64,000 nt of DNA, taken from contig OZ037765.1 in assembly GCA_964035545.1 (NCBI GenBank), forward strand, positions 26,225,504-26,289,503. The letters run 5' to 3'. Below the pieces are notes generated by a model. It saw only the letters and a list, made by a program, of their open reading frames with translations. It was not told the DNA's origin and made no database searches. This document shows positions 10,400 to 24,790 of the stretch, piece after piece. Positions within the stretch are counted from its first letter, which is position 1, and each line of letters begins with the position of its first letter. The stretch comes from Bugula neritina (taxonomy: Eukaryota; Animalia; Bryozoa). The position numbers and the translations under genes are program-made.

Positions 10400-13300
10400 T
10401 GTTTCTAATTCCCACGGTAAATCAGGTGTCCTATCTTTTCGATTGCAAAATTACAAAGATGCAGTAATTGAAGGCATAGAAACCCACCACAGTAAAATAA
10501 TCCCAAGGAATACAACAATATTGTCAATCTTGAAGATGTATTTGCTGTAATTAGTTGTGTTTTCTAAATAAAGATATTTCATTGAACTTTACATATAAAA
10601 CTATTACAAGCTATTTCGGCATTTATCAGTAGTAGAAAAATGGCAGTCAGAATGTTAGGTTTAGTGAAAAATTATGAGGACAGTTCGGTTAGTGGAGAAT
10701 TTGCTGAGTGGTGTGATAAGCTGGAGCTAGTAGCAAAGTTGCAGAAAGTAAAAGATCTTACGTCGTTCCTGCCATTATTCTTGGCAGGTCCAGCATTTGC
10801 TGTGTATAAACAGTTTTCAGAAAATGTTAAATCAGACTTCCCGAAGTTAAAAGCTGAGTTGATGACATCATTCTGTGAGAGCAGTTACAGTGCTTACGAT
10901 CAACTTAGAACAAGAAGTCTAAAAGAAGGTGAAACTGTAGATGTCTATGTAGCTGACTTGAGAAAGCTGGTAATATTGATAGGTCAGAAAACTCCAGAGC
11001 CTTTACTGAAATGTGCATTTATTGCTGGTTTGCCAGTGGCTGTTGCTACACAAATAAAATCTGTCGTCGCTGTTGAAAAGTTGAGCTTAAAAGAATTAGT
11101 TGGTAGAGCTAGGATAATGTTATCAACAGCAAGTGTAGATACTTTGACACACCGTGCTGCTGGTAGGAATGTTACTAAAAATGTTTTAAATGTTTTTCAC
11201 CGCATCATTCAGCTAGGAACTGTAACACTGAAAAAAGTCAGAATGGGAATATGAATGCTAATCGAAATGCCAATAATCAACAGCAGTACAGAAGATGGAG
11301 CATTCAGTGCTATAATTGTCAGGCTTGGGGGCATATTAGTAGGAATTGCCCACAGGGAAACGGTAGTGAGGCAGTGTCAGCACCGGATGCTCACCCCAAC
11401 AGCTAAATTACAATTCGGTGCTACCATTAATAACTTTAAATGTAAACGGTGTGAATATATAAGCACTAGTAGATGGTGGTTGTGAACAATTAGAAAGATT
11501 TTGTAATCAAATAGGAGTTGCACCATATGATCCTGAACAGAGGGTTCTAATGATAAATGGACAGATAAACAAGTGTAGGGGTGAAGTCCAATTAGCAGCG
11601 CAGGTTATAAATTGTCATCTCTCTGTAAAATGTTTAATAGCTCCAATGTTAGTAGGTGGTTGCTCTTTAATTTTGGGAATGGATGCTATTAGTAAATTAG
11701 GTGGCTGCCCAGCCAAGTAAACCAACCCAGGTCCGACCTGTTATGGATTATAGTAGAGAACTCAACAAATACATCTACAGTAAGTCCAGTGGTGACACTG
11801 CCATTTGCCAGGATGAATTGAGGAAATGGAGGTTACTAGGTGACAATGCCAGTTTGCTGGACTTAAGAAAAGCTTACTTACAACTTCATGTGAATAGCGA
11901 TTTGCAAAGGTTTCAAGCTGCACATTATGAGGAGAAGATCTATGTAATGAATAGGTTAGGTTTTGGTTTGAATGTGGCACCTAAAATCATGTCAAAAGTT
12001 TTATCTACAGTGCTGGCTCAAGATGACACTATACGCAAAGGTACTGATAGTTATATAGATGGCATTATAGTTGATGAGACTGTTGTTTCAGTGGAAGAAG
12101 TTCGAAATCATTTGTTAAAGTTTGGTTTAGTAACTAAAGAACAAGAGAAACTGGGTAATACTAGAGTTTTAGGGCTAAGGATTAGAGAGGGGTGTAGAAG
12201 TGGCATGTCATGTTACAGCTGGCAGCGTGATGGTGAGCTGCCATTTGTTGAGTCAAATAGCAATGTAAGCAAGCGAGAGCTGTTTTCAGTGTGTGGTAAA
12301 CTGATGGAACATTTTCCTGTAGCAGGGTGGCTTAGGGTAGCATACAGTTTTATGAAAAGGTTGCCACAATCAGATATGTGGGATTGTGCTGTGTCTGACC
12401 ACGTTCAAAAGTGTTGTTAGAGATATTAGATAGAATTGCAAAATCTGATCCTGTGAAAGGAAAGTGGCATGTGGCCAATACTGATACAGGCACTGTATGG
12501 TATGATGCAAGTAGTTTGGCAATAGGAGTGTTTGTGCAAATAGATGGCCAGATAGTGGAGGATGCTTCGTGGATGAGAAAACCGGATGATTGCACCCACA
12601 AGGATCCATACTTGGTCCCACACTATTCCTAATTTATATAAATGATCTTTCAGATCTGTAACTATGCATTTAGACCCTATATTATTTGCCGACAATACAA
12701 ACCTGTTCTTTGAATCAAAAAATATATTAAACAATATGGACATCATAAACTGTAAATTAAAGAAAACTGAAACTTGGTGCAATAAAAATAAATTAACTGT
12801 AAACATGAGTAAAACAAATTATATGATAATCAAAACAGCGCAACATAAACAAGATTTAAATGGCTTTGCCTTAGAAATGTTCAACAAAAGATTAGTCGAG
12901 GTAAAATCAACTACCTTTTTAGGTATTATAATAGATTCATATCTTTCTTGGGAACAACATTGCAGTAAACTTTGTCAAAACCTAAGGCCCTTAGTAGGCT
13001 TGATAAGTAAATGTTCCCATCAACTACCTAGAAAAATTCTAATACAAATATATAACTCTTTTATAAATTCTAAATTAAAATATTGTGTAGAATCGTGGGG
13101 TAATACAGCAAACATTTATTTTGAACCATTACATTTACTACAAAAGAAAATACTGAGAATTATATATAAAAAGCATTACCTTTTCCCATCTAAACCACTG
13201 CTTCCTAGTTCTTCAATCATGCCTGTTCACACTCTACACACATTCAAACTATTACTGCTCTCACATAAACTTTACTACTCTCAACTAACACATCTCACAC

Positions 13301-14294
13301 ATAACTATCCCACAAGATTATCAGAGTTCAGCCTACAAACTCCTCCATCATCAACTGCTGCAGGTCAACAAAGAATAGAATTCCAATAGTCCTCACTCTG
13401 GAATAAATTGCCAAGTTCGATTCGTGCTGTGGAGAGGGAGGCTGGTTTTAAACTTGCCCTAAAAGACCACTTAATGGCAAATTTCCAATTAACAGATAAA
13501 AAATAATCCGCTTTGAGTTGCTAAAGCTTTACAAAAAACTATAAAATCTTATATAACAGAAAATAATACGCTGACTGTCAACCATTCACGGCTCGGTGCC
13601 TCGAGTAGCTGCAGTGCTATTGCGCCATGGGCCTTGTAATTTTGTTTATTTTCCTCAACTGTATGTATTTTTTCTGTCTGCGACAAAATAAAACAAACAA
13701 ACAAACAAACATTAATGTAGCAGAGTTAGTAGCTGTGGTAAAAGGCCTAAATTTGGCTTTAAAATGAAATTTAGGCAATATTGTAGTGAAAACAGACTCA
13801 ATGTCGGTATTCAGGTTGGTCACATCCGTAATCAATGATAGTGTCAGACCTAAAGTTAATGGCATGACTGAGATGATTGTAAAACTTAGGTTAGGTGTCA
13901 TAGTGAAACTGATAGAAGAGTACAAACTGTTATTAAAAATACATTTGGTGAAATCAGCTGAAAATTGGGCAGATGCTCTGACACGGGTGAGTTCAGCATG
14001 GCTTAGTAGGCGCATAACCTGTGTAAGTGTAGGTGTGACAACTCCTGATGTAGCTGACCTGAAGGATGAAATAGCCAAGCTGCATAGAATGCATCATTTG
14101 GGCATTGAAAGAACATTTTATCTAGCTAAATGTATATTTGGAGGAGGCATAGACAAGGAGTTAGTTAGAAGAGTAGTTAAGGAATGTGCTGTGTGTAGAA
14201 GTATTGATCCTTCTCCAGTGCAGTGGGGAAAAGGAGTTCTGGAAGTCAATGAGAAGTGGTGTAGGCTGGCAATAAACTAAAGGTCATTATAATT
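10400..14294 (+). mobile_element. Decayed Gypsy-like LTR retrotransposon (gag, protease, RT, RNase H, integrase N-terminus); left boundary approximate, 3' truncated
   Basis: gag from 10640; two CCHC knuckles in a shifted frame (CFKCFSPHHSARNC ~11180-11225, CYNCQAWGHISRNC ~11306-11350); protease ALVDGGC (~11463); RT LDLRKAYLQ, GFGLNVAP, SYIDGI; RNase H YDASS...HINVAEL; integrase HHCC (HRMHHLG...CAVC). Domain order RT-RH-IN. Confidence 0.9.
12601..13710 (+). mobile_element. 5'-truncated CR1/L2-group LINE inserted into the Gypsy RNase H
   Basis: Begins at QGSILGPTLFLIYIND; FADNTN, NKLTVNMSKT, FLGIIIDSYLSW; ends AATAAA + (AAAC)n. Flanks rejoin as DCTH|INVAEL. Confidence 0.9.
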
Positions 14295-16887
14295 GTGAAG
14301 TCCACTGAGGACCTGTCCCATGAGCCTCTGGAAGGTGGCGGGGGCGGAGGTCAACCCAAAAGGCAGCACCTTCCACTTCCACAGTTCGTCCCGTGTGATG
14401 AACGCCGCCTTTTCCTGGGCGTCGGGACTCAGAGTGACCTGCCAATAGCCGCTCAGCAAGTCTAGTGTACTAAAGTACTTCCTGCCGGCCAGGGCATCCA
14501 GAAATTCATCAATCCGGGGCAAAGGATAGGCGTCCTGTATGGTTACGCTATTTAATTTGCGATAATCCACACAAAAACGCCAACTGCCGTCTTTCTTCCG
14601 GACCAGGACGACCGGCGAGCTCCATGCACTATGTGCTGGCTCTATAAGGCCGCGGTCCAAAAGATCCCGGAATTGTCGGCTGACCTCCTTTTCCGGCCCC
14701 AACCTCCTCGTGGGTTGCCGGATAGGGACAGTCCCCGCAGCCAGCGGTATCTCGTGCCGGACGGCTCTAGTCAGGCCCACGTCATGATCTCCGCTGCTGA
14801 ACACGTCGTTGTACTCGCGCAGCAACTTGGCCATAGCCTGGCGCTCTCCGTTGCTCGCGCAGCCATCACAAGCTGTTTCGTACAACTCTTGGACGTGTGG
14901 CGGAACGGTCCCCCGCCCTTTTGATGGGCGCTGTCGGGGACCTCCCGTCGCGTCTCCCAGCGACGGCCCTATATCCTCCTCCTGGATAAAATGAAAGCGG
15001 CCCAGCATGGACCCTGCCGGTAGTTTTACCGACTTCGTGAAGGGGTTGACACACTGCACCAAGATCTCTTCTCGCTCAGTCAGCCGATTGAGGCTGCTGG
15101 CAAGTTGGCGAGTTGCTGGCGAGTTCTTTTGTGCGCGCCTTCTACAACTCCCAACCCAGAGATCTGGCTATTGTTCACTCTGCAGTGAATGGTAGCCCGG
15201 GAGCGGCCTGGTATCGTACAGTTCCGTACTACCTGCACGCCTTCCACTAGAGGACGACCAGACTTGTCGACACAGGTGAGTTCCTTGCCGGCCATCAGTA
15301 TGGCAGACTTGCTGAAGTCGATGCGGCACCCGTGTCGCTTCAAGAATGGCATCCCTAGTATGGCATCCTCTTCTAGTTGACTGATGACAAAGGTTTCCTG
15401 GATCGCCTGGTCGCGGACGCGTCCAGTCAGTTCTATGATACCGTAGAATGGGATACACGACCCGTCTGCCAGGGTGCCATGTTCCCCGGTATAGGGGCTA
15501 GTTCCTTCTTCTCCTTGGGGAAGAGCATCAAAGATATGACGGCTGAGGAGGTTCGTGGTACACCCGGAGTCTAGCAAGAAGGTGACGGGCTCTCCGGCCA
15601 CCTTTTCTGGTAAGGAGTACCTGTCTCCGTGAAGTTGTACCCTTACTCCCCCTGCGTGCTCAGTCTCGGCCAGATAAGGCCGTGCTCCTCTGGCCTGCGG
15701 TTTGTGTGGCCTCCTAAGGCGAGGGGTTCGCCGCGGAGGGGTGGTTGGTTCCCCTCCAATGTCCGGATGGACCTCGCCAGCCGGCTCTACTTCTTGTAGC
15801 CAGTCAAAGCGGTTAGTGAGTGGCAGGGCAAACGTTTTCGGTCGCCACACTGGTCGACTGGTCCGACGGGGTGCTTGCCACTCATGGGGGGTATAACGTG
15901 GTGTCCGTACGGACGACCTGCGGTTCCTAGCTCGGAAGTCCTTCATTTCCGGCCCGCGGGGTTTGGAGGTGTCCGCGGGCCGTGGAAGTTTAACCGCTTC
16001 CCAGACTGTGGGCAGCTAGAGCGGAGATGTCCGCGTGCGCCACATTCCCAACACAAGGCAGCTGGCCTTGGAGCCTCTATCCCCGGCCTCAAAGGTGCTT
16101 GGGCGGGTTCTGTTGGATTGGCACCGGCTAGGACCACCACCAACTTTTCCAGCATTGTTGTCATGCGGTCTACCTCCGCCTTCAGGGGGGATATGGTGGT
16201 GGCGGCAGCCACTCGAGCTGGGTTGTCTGGTCCCGGTTCCACTGTGATTTGTTGAGAGCTCACATGGGCTCGGTGTAGCTATTTGGCCAAAAGATAGGCC
16301 TCGCCTTCCGCGAGGGCACCTTCGACTGTGGTGACTCCCCTCGCCAGAAACTGGTGATGGAGTCCCAAGTCGTTGATGGACTGCACAAAGGCATCGTAAG
16401 TATACCTTTCACGGTTCGCTTGAGGCAGGTCGCGGTACGCGATTTGCGCCAGCTTCATTACCGTGGCAGCATGCTCTTGTAGCGGCGTGTGAGGATCACG
16501 CCGCAACCGTTGTAGCCGGGTCCGTGCGTCTATGGCGGAGATGCCAAAACGGGCCCGCAGAGAAGCAAAGATACCGCTAATGTCAGATCCCACCCCGTAG
16601 GGCTTGGCCTTATCCATTAACGCCGTTCTAAGCTTAAGCAGTGCCACCGTTGGTGGCCACTGTGTGACTTCCATCACATCCTGAAATTCTTGAATGAATT
16701 GTTCTACCTCTTCTTCACCTGTAAAGGTGGGTGCCTTTAGCCGATATCTATCTTCATTGAGCTCTCTAGGAACTCTCACCTCCTCCAATACTACTGGGTT
16801 TACAGGAATAACAACATCGTCATTCTCACCTTCATTCTGTGGAATGGGTAGCTCCGTGTCTTCTGTCGTTATCCTATTTTAGGCACA

Positions 16888-16905
16888 ATCCCCCCGCTGC
16901 CACCA
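16888..16905 (-). promoter_or_regulatory. Primer-binding site, tRNA-Leu-like
   Basis: Minus strand reads AACA-G-TGGTGGCAGCGGGGGGA directly after the LTR end; TGGTGGCAGCGG is complementary to a tRNA-Leu-type 3' end (from memory). Confidence 0.75.
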
Positions 16906-16906
16906 C

Positions 16907-17240
16907 TGTTTTAATTTTGCAATTATAGTGCGTGGGTCTTATTGTGCATAGTTAGCATTCACTTCTAGTTAATAAATTACTCGTGGTAGTAGCCGGATAA
17001 TAGCCTTTATTATTCAAGTTGAACACAACACTAAACATTACTTTCAATTACAATAATACAATAACCATACAATGCGTGCATTCATTACGAGTCCTCGCTC
17101 ACAACAACCTAACTATACGCGATAACTCTCACTTGCCAAGAGCCCGCCTTCAAGTCCTCCTCATTGGATGATCTGCCGTGACCTTTCCCTATGAATGTGT
17201 CCTTTAGTATTCCCCAAATGGAGGGAAGATAATTCCTACA
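16907..17240 (-). repeat. Probable 5' LTR (~334 bp)
   Basis: Minus strand starts TGTAGG (17240) and ends AACA (16907) next to the PBS; minus-strand AATAAA at 17006-17011. No second LTR is available to confirm the outer boundary. Confidence 0.65.
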
Positions 17241-17572
17241 TTATTATATCATGCAAATCTACTACAGTATTATTGAAAAACTATATTCCAATTGTCTGCA
17301 TGTTATTATTGTTGCTGTTATGTTTTCAAAAGATATATAACTGTTTAAAAAAGCCAAGTTATAATGTGATAGATTTGTGGGTTTGAATGCAACTAGTGCT
17401 AGAACATGCTCTTTGTAAGAGAGAACAAGATGTGGTAGGTAGCGTAGTCAATGATGAGCTTTATTGTGTAGAATAATATAGGTCTTCTTCCAGCAAGCTC
17501 CAGCAGTAGACTGAACTACTCTGAAACTCGCTGGCTTTTATATACAAAGGCAGAACAGAAATTCCTTTGTTG

Positions 17573-17745
17573 CCGAGATCGGAGATCCGAAATGCCGAAA
17601 TTCGGCACTTCGGGAATCCGAAATGCCGAACATCGGTATTTTGGTAGTCGGAAACGCCGATCTTTGGCACTTCGGAGCTTCGGTAGTCCGAAATGCCAAC
17701 TTTTGGTACTTCGGCATTTCGGAAGACTGAAGTGCTGACCTCGGA
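17573..17745. repeat. Mixed-orientation array of ~8-bp CCGAAATG/CCGAAGTG units
   Basis: Repeated ccgaaatg and its reverse-complement forms (catttcgg, cacttcgg) in alternating blocks. Confidence 0.8.
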
Positions 17746-19307
17746 CAACAACAGGAGCACACAAAAGAAAGCAACATTAGTAAAAGAAAAGCAACATTAG
17801 TAAAAGAAATATTACATAACCTCAGAATGCGTATTTCAGCAAAATTTCATTATGCTGAAAGCTTTAACAGTAATCACCATACTTAGGCATTAGCAAGCTA
17901 GCTTACTTATAAATTACAATTACAGCATTAAGAACAATGCTCAACAGTATTTATAATACTGACCCACGCAGTTATTTCAGAGCAATAGAGGATGAGAATC
18001 CATTACAATAATCAGGCTTAAACGTGTTAAACTTTAAATTTCTTGTTATTAATCAGACATTTTCTCATAAATAGATGACAAGATTTATTTTATAAAGCAT
18101 GAAGTTGCTGATGTATATTGAAATTATATGGCTTTGTTGCCCCAAACCAGATACTAAGAATGGTTTTTATACAGACAATTTTTTACAAAGTCTTCAATTA
18201 CTTTATCAAAAATAGGAGACATATTTCAAACATATTAAATTGAAATATATATCTTCTATGTAGGTTTAGGCTCCTTGAAAATCACAATTGTAGAATAGAA
18301 CACAGGCTAGTTTTGTACAATATAATGTATATATTTAATGTTCATCAGATTTTTTAATAATTAAATTTATTTTTTGGTACACCTAAAACTAAAATTTTTT
18401 CCTACCAGTAGCAACGCTAAAATATTCTATAGATGCAGTTATATGTATGCAATATGAAATGTCAATGCCAAGTACATATATTTAACTTGTTAGACACATA
18501 AAATGGTGGTTATCCAAATGGCAGTATACCAAATTTGTTTTTAATTTTAAGCATCCTTCCACCCACATATTATTATGGTTGTTGATCAGGGTCTTGTCAA
18601 AAATACTATTTTGGTATGGAATTAGAAAAGGTTGTTTTAATAAAGCTCTCTCTTATTAATTTCGAACCCACCGAATTTCATGCGGTGAATATTATTCGTT
18701 GCATGAAACTCGGTGGGTTCTCAGCTGATGCAATTACATGAACACAGTGACTCTTCGTCTTATTGTATATGTACAATAAACAAGTCCGGTAGAATAGTAG
18801 CACCTTTTATTGCCTGCTTGCTAGAAAAGAAGCCCGGGCATGTGACTTCTCACAGAAAGTAGTAGAAAAGGAGCTATATATAGGTTATAGATGTAACTGT
18901 ATCTTGGTAGTAGGTAGAAGTGATTTTGTCCAGCGTCAGCTCCTCACTGACTACACTGGGCTGTGCACCCACTTATATGCCTAAAACAGTCGGCCGACTT
19001 GGCGTCCAAATCGGACAACGCGATGAAAGAAAACAAAAGAAACTATGCATCGCAATAGGTGGAAAAATACGCATAACTACTAATAATGCAAAATGAAAGA
19101 ACGCGCACAATTTAGTTACAGAATAGGTTCACACAATAATACAAAACAAAAGCGTGCACACAATTTTATCACACACTCCCCTACCCCTATTGGAAAGTAC
19201 CCCTCTCTCCAGTTAACACAAAAGAGAAATAAGAGTGGGAGTTGGACTACACCAAGGCTCAGTCCTAAGCACATAACTTGTTATAACTATAATAGATGTT
19301 ATCTCGA

Positions 19308-20140
19308 ATGACAATGGGGAAGAGACTGTGGAGTATGTTGTTTGCAGATGATCCGATATTATGCGATGAGAGTAGAGACAATATAGAAAAAATATTGAAA
19401 GACTGGAGAAGGAGATTAGAAGATGTTGGCCTAAAAGTTAGCAGGTCTAAAACTGAGTACCTACCCCCAAAAGAAGGCAGCGGTGATATCAGATTAAAGG
19501 AATGCGATAGCTCTGAACATGCCAGTTTGCCTCAAAAACCGCATTCAAGTACCTGGAGACTACAATTTACCAAGAAGTAGGACGCAGTACAGAGGTACAT
19601 CTGCGCATTGGCAGCGTCTGAAAAAATGGAGAGAACTGACGGGAGTATTATGTGACAAAAAAGTCTCAAAGCAACTGAAGGTCCTTATTTACAAGTCAGT
19701 AATACGACCAGGGCTACTGTATGGAGCTGAAACATGGCCATTGACCGATTACCTTGCTGAAAGATTTAGTGTATGTGGAATGAGAATGCTGTGTTACTGC
19801 CTGGGAATTAGTCTTGAGAACCACAAAACCAACGAGAGCATGAAGCAAGAAGCGAATGTCACGATTGTTTTAGCACCGGTGAGAAGAAGGTTGCAGTGAT
19901 TTGGTTATATATTCAGAAGAGAGAAAGAAGATGGCACCTGAAGAGTGCATGAGATGATAGTCAAAGGAAAGAGAAGTCGGGGACGCCCAAAGCATAGATG
20001 GAAGGACACACTCAGACAAGATCTCCAATCCTGTTTCCTCAATGAAGAGGATGCTCAGGACAAGGTTAGAATGAGAAGCCTAATTGAACTAGGCCTCCGG
20101 CAGCCACCCGCGACCTGAACTAGACAGAGCAGAGATAAAA
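19308..20140 (+). mobile_element. 5'-truncated, decayed RTE-clade LINE related to the 1667-5126 element
   Basis: LWSMLFADD, GLKVSRSKTEYL, WRELTGVLCDKK, LLYGAETW; 3' end shares CAGCCACCCGCG/CCGCCACCCGCG with the first copy. Confidence 0.9.
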
Positions 20141-20676
20141 TGTAAAGCAATTTTGTGACCTGATACTAGAGTTTTAAAGTCACAATTTTCTCTCACTGAA
20201 TTCATCTTCTGTCACATGTAACTTTTTATAATTTTTAAACAGCCTAAATATACTTTTAGATATAGAATAATACTTGAAAGGTGTGAAACTGATATTATAT
20301 TACGGTTGTTGTAGATTGTCAGGTAATTTACCTGCCTATCATCTCATATTTTAAGGACTTACATGTAGGTTTCAGATTTTGCCTGAAAACTTCAAAACTT
20401 CTAATTGTTTCACTAATCTTTCAATTGCTCTGTAAAATACAACTCTCTCAATGTGTTACATTTGTAATAATTCAATTATTGATTAAAAAGTTTTGCTACA
20501 TGAAGTAGTAAAATATTTTAAAGGCATTTCATGGTTTCTGATTCTGGGCCTAACGAAAGAGTTAGGTCTAAAAATGCTTATACTTGCTCATTTCCCATGG
20601 TAATTGGTGATATTTAAAGGTATATAAAATAAACTTCATGATTGAAATTGTGTCTTGTATTATAGAAAAAAGCTGA

Positions 20677-23998
<3,322 letters not shown>

Positions 23999-24504
23999 AA
24001 GTTAATTGGTTGCCTCAAGGATATCCATTAACAATAAAACCTTAAACTCATAAAAAAATAGAAAAATGAAGCTGTAATATTTTGTTTTTGATGGCACTTG
24101 TTATCTCTTTTGTGTTGTTGTTAATGTTTATCTGTTATCTCATTGGAAAATAAATGTTGCATTTAAAAGCTTCATTCTCAGACTTATTTTGCCTATAGGG
24201 GCATTAGCTAAAAAATTTTCACTCTATGTTCAATATTGAGAAATACAATAGTTATAGTTGCTGCCAGTCATTAAAACAGTTGTGCAAAAAATTTAATAAC
24301 CAAATCTTGGAGAGGATTGTTGAATGGCATGTTTACTCTAAGGCGTGCAGTCACTACTCATAAATGAGTACTCAATGCCTAGTCATAATTGTGTGAGGTG
24401 CAATAATTGTGTTCTTGGAGTCATTTGCCTATTTGAAAAGCTTTCTTGGGTGAATTACAAAGTGGAGTAATTTTTTCCAAATGTTCGCCCAACATGTACA
24501 CACT

Positions 24505-24790
24505 AGTGTATATATCTCTAGTTTGTAACTATTTTTCACAATTAGCCAATAATATATTGTATAGTTTCTTGTATTAAACTGATGAAATACTAACAAATAC
24601 AACTGAATAAGCAGCACACCCAAATTACTAAAAATAATAGTATGAAGCATGGGAAATTAAGCAAAATTAGAAAGCAACCTTGTTTATTCAGTTGTATTTG
24701 TTAATATTTCATCAATTTAAATACAAGAAACTGTATACATTAGACCTGTGCTGAATTGTGAAAAATAGCCTTAAAATAGAGATATATAGC
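24505..24790. repeat. ~105-bp imperfect inverted repeat (MITE-like) downstream of PABP copy 2
   Basis: 24505-24612 pairs with 24682-24790 (e.g. aacaaatacaactgaataa / ttattcagttgtatttgtt). Confidence 0.7.

Larger units (their letters stand above)
8085..10400 (+). mobile_element. 3' remnant of a Gypsy-like LTR retrotransposon (pol tail, extra ORF, PPT, start of 3' LTR); right boundary approximate
   Basis: Abrupt GC-rich segment; QRTRQPPIYLQDFV resembles the R.RRPP..L.DY tail of Gypsy pol; purine tract GGAGGGGGTGG (10102-10112) is followed directly by TGTA at 10113. Confidence 0.65.
14295..17240 (-). mobile_element. 5' half of a GC-rich Gypsy LTR retrotransposon (5' LTR, PBS, gag, protease, RT N-half)
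   Basis: gag 16788-15943 with one in-frame TAG and knuckle CWECGARGHLRSSC; protease FLLDSGC; RT WSSPVVLVRKKDGSWRFCVDYRKLN, LDLLSGYWQ, LPFGLTSAPATFQRLM; truncated before YxDD. Confidence 0.95.

Noticed and set aside
16264-16281. Programmed stop-codon read-through in gag (TAG CTA)
   Set aside because: A single CAG-to-TAG decay mutation explains it more simply in a truncated element; a consensus is needed to test it.
8085-17240. Elements at 8085-10400 and 14295-17240 as two halves of one inverted retrotransposon
   Set aside because: Their putative LTR starts (TGTAATCGCT vs TGTAGGAATT) do not match.
17461-17777. Three overlapping minus-strand ORFs, or a CRISPR-like array
   Set aside because: By-products of the 8-mer repeat; there is no constant repeat with unique spacers, and the context is eukaryotic.
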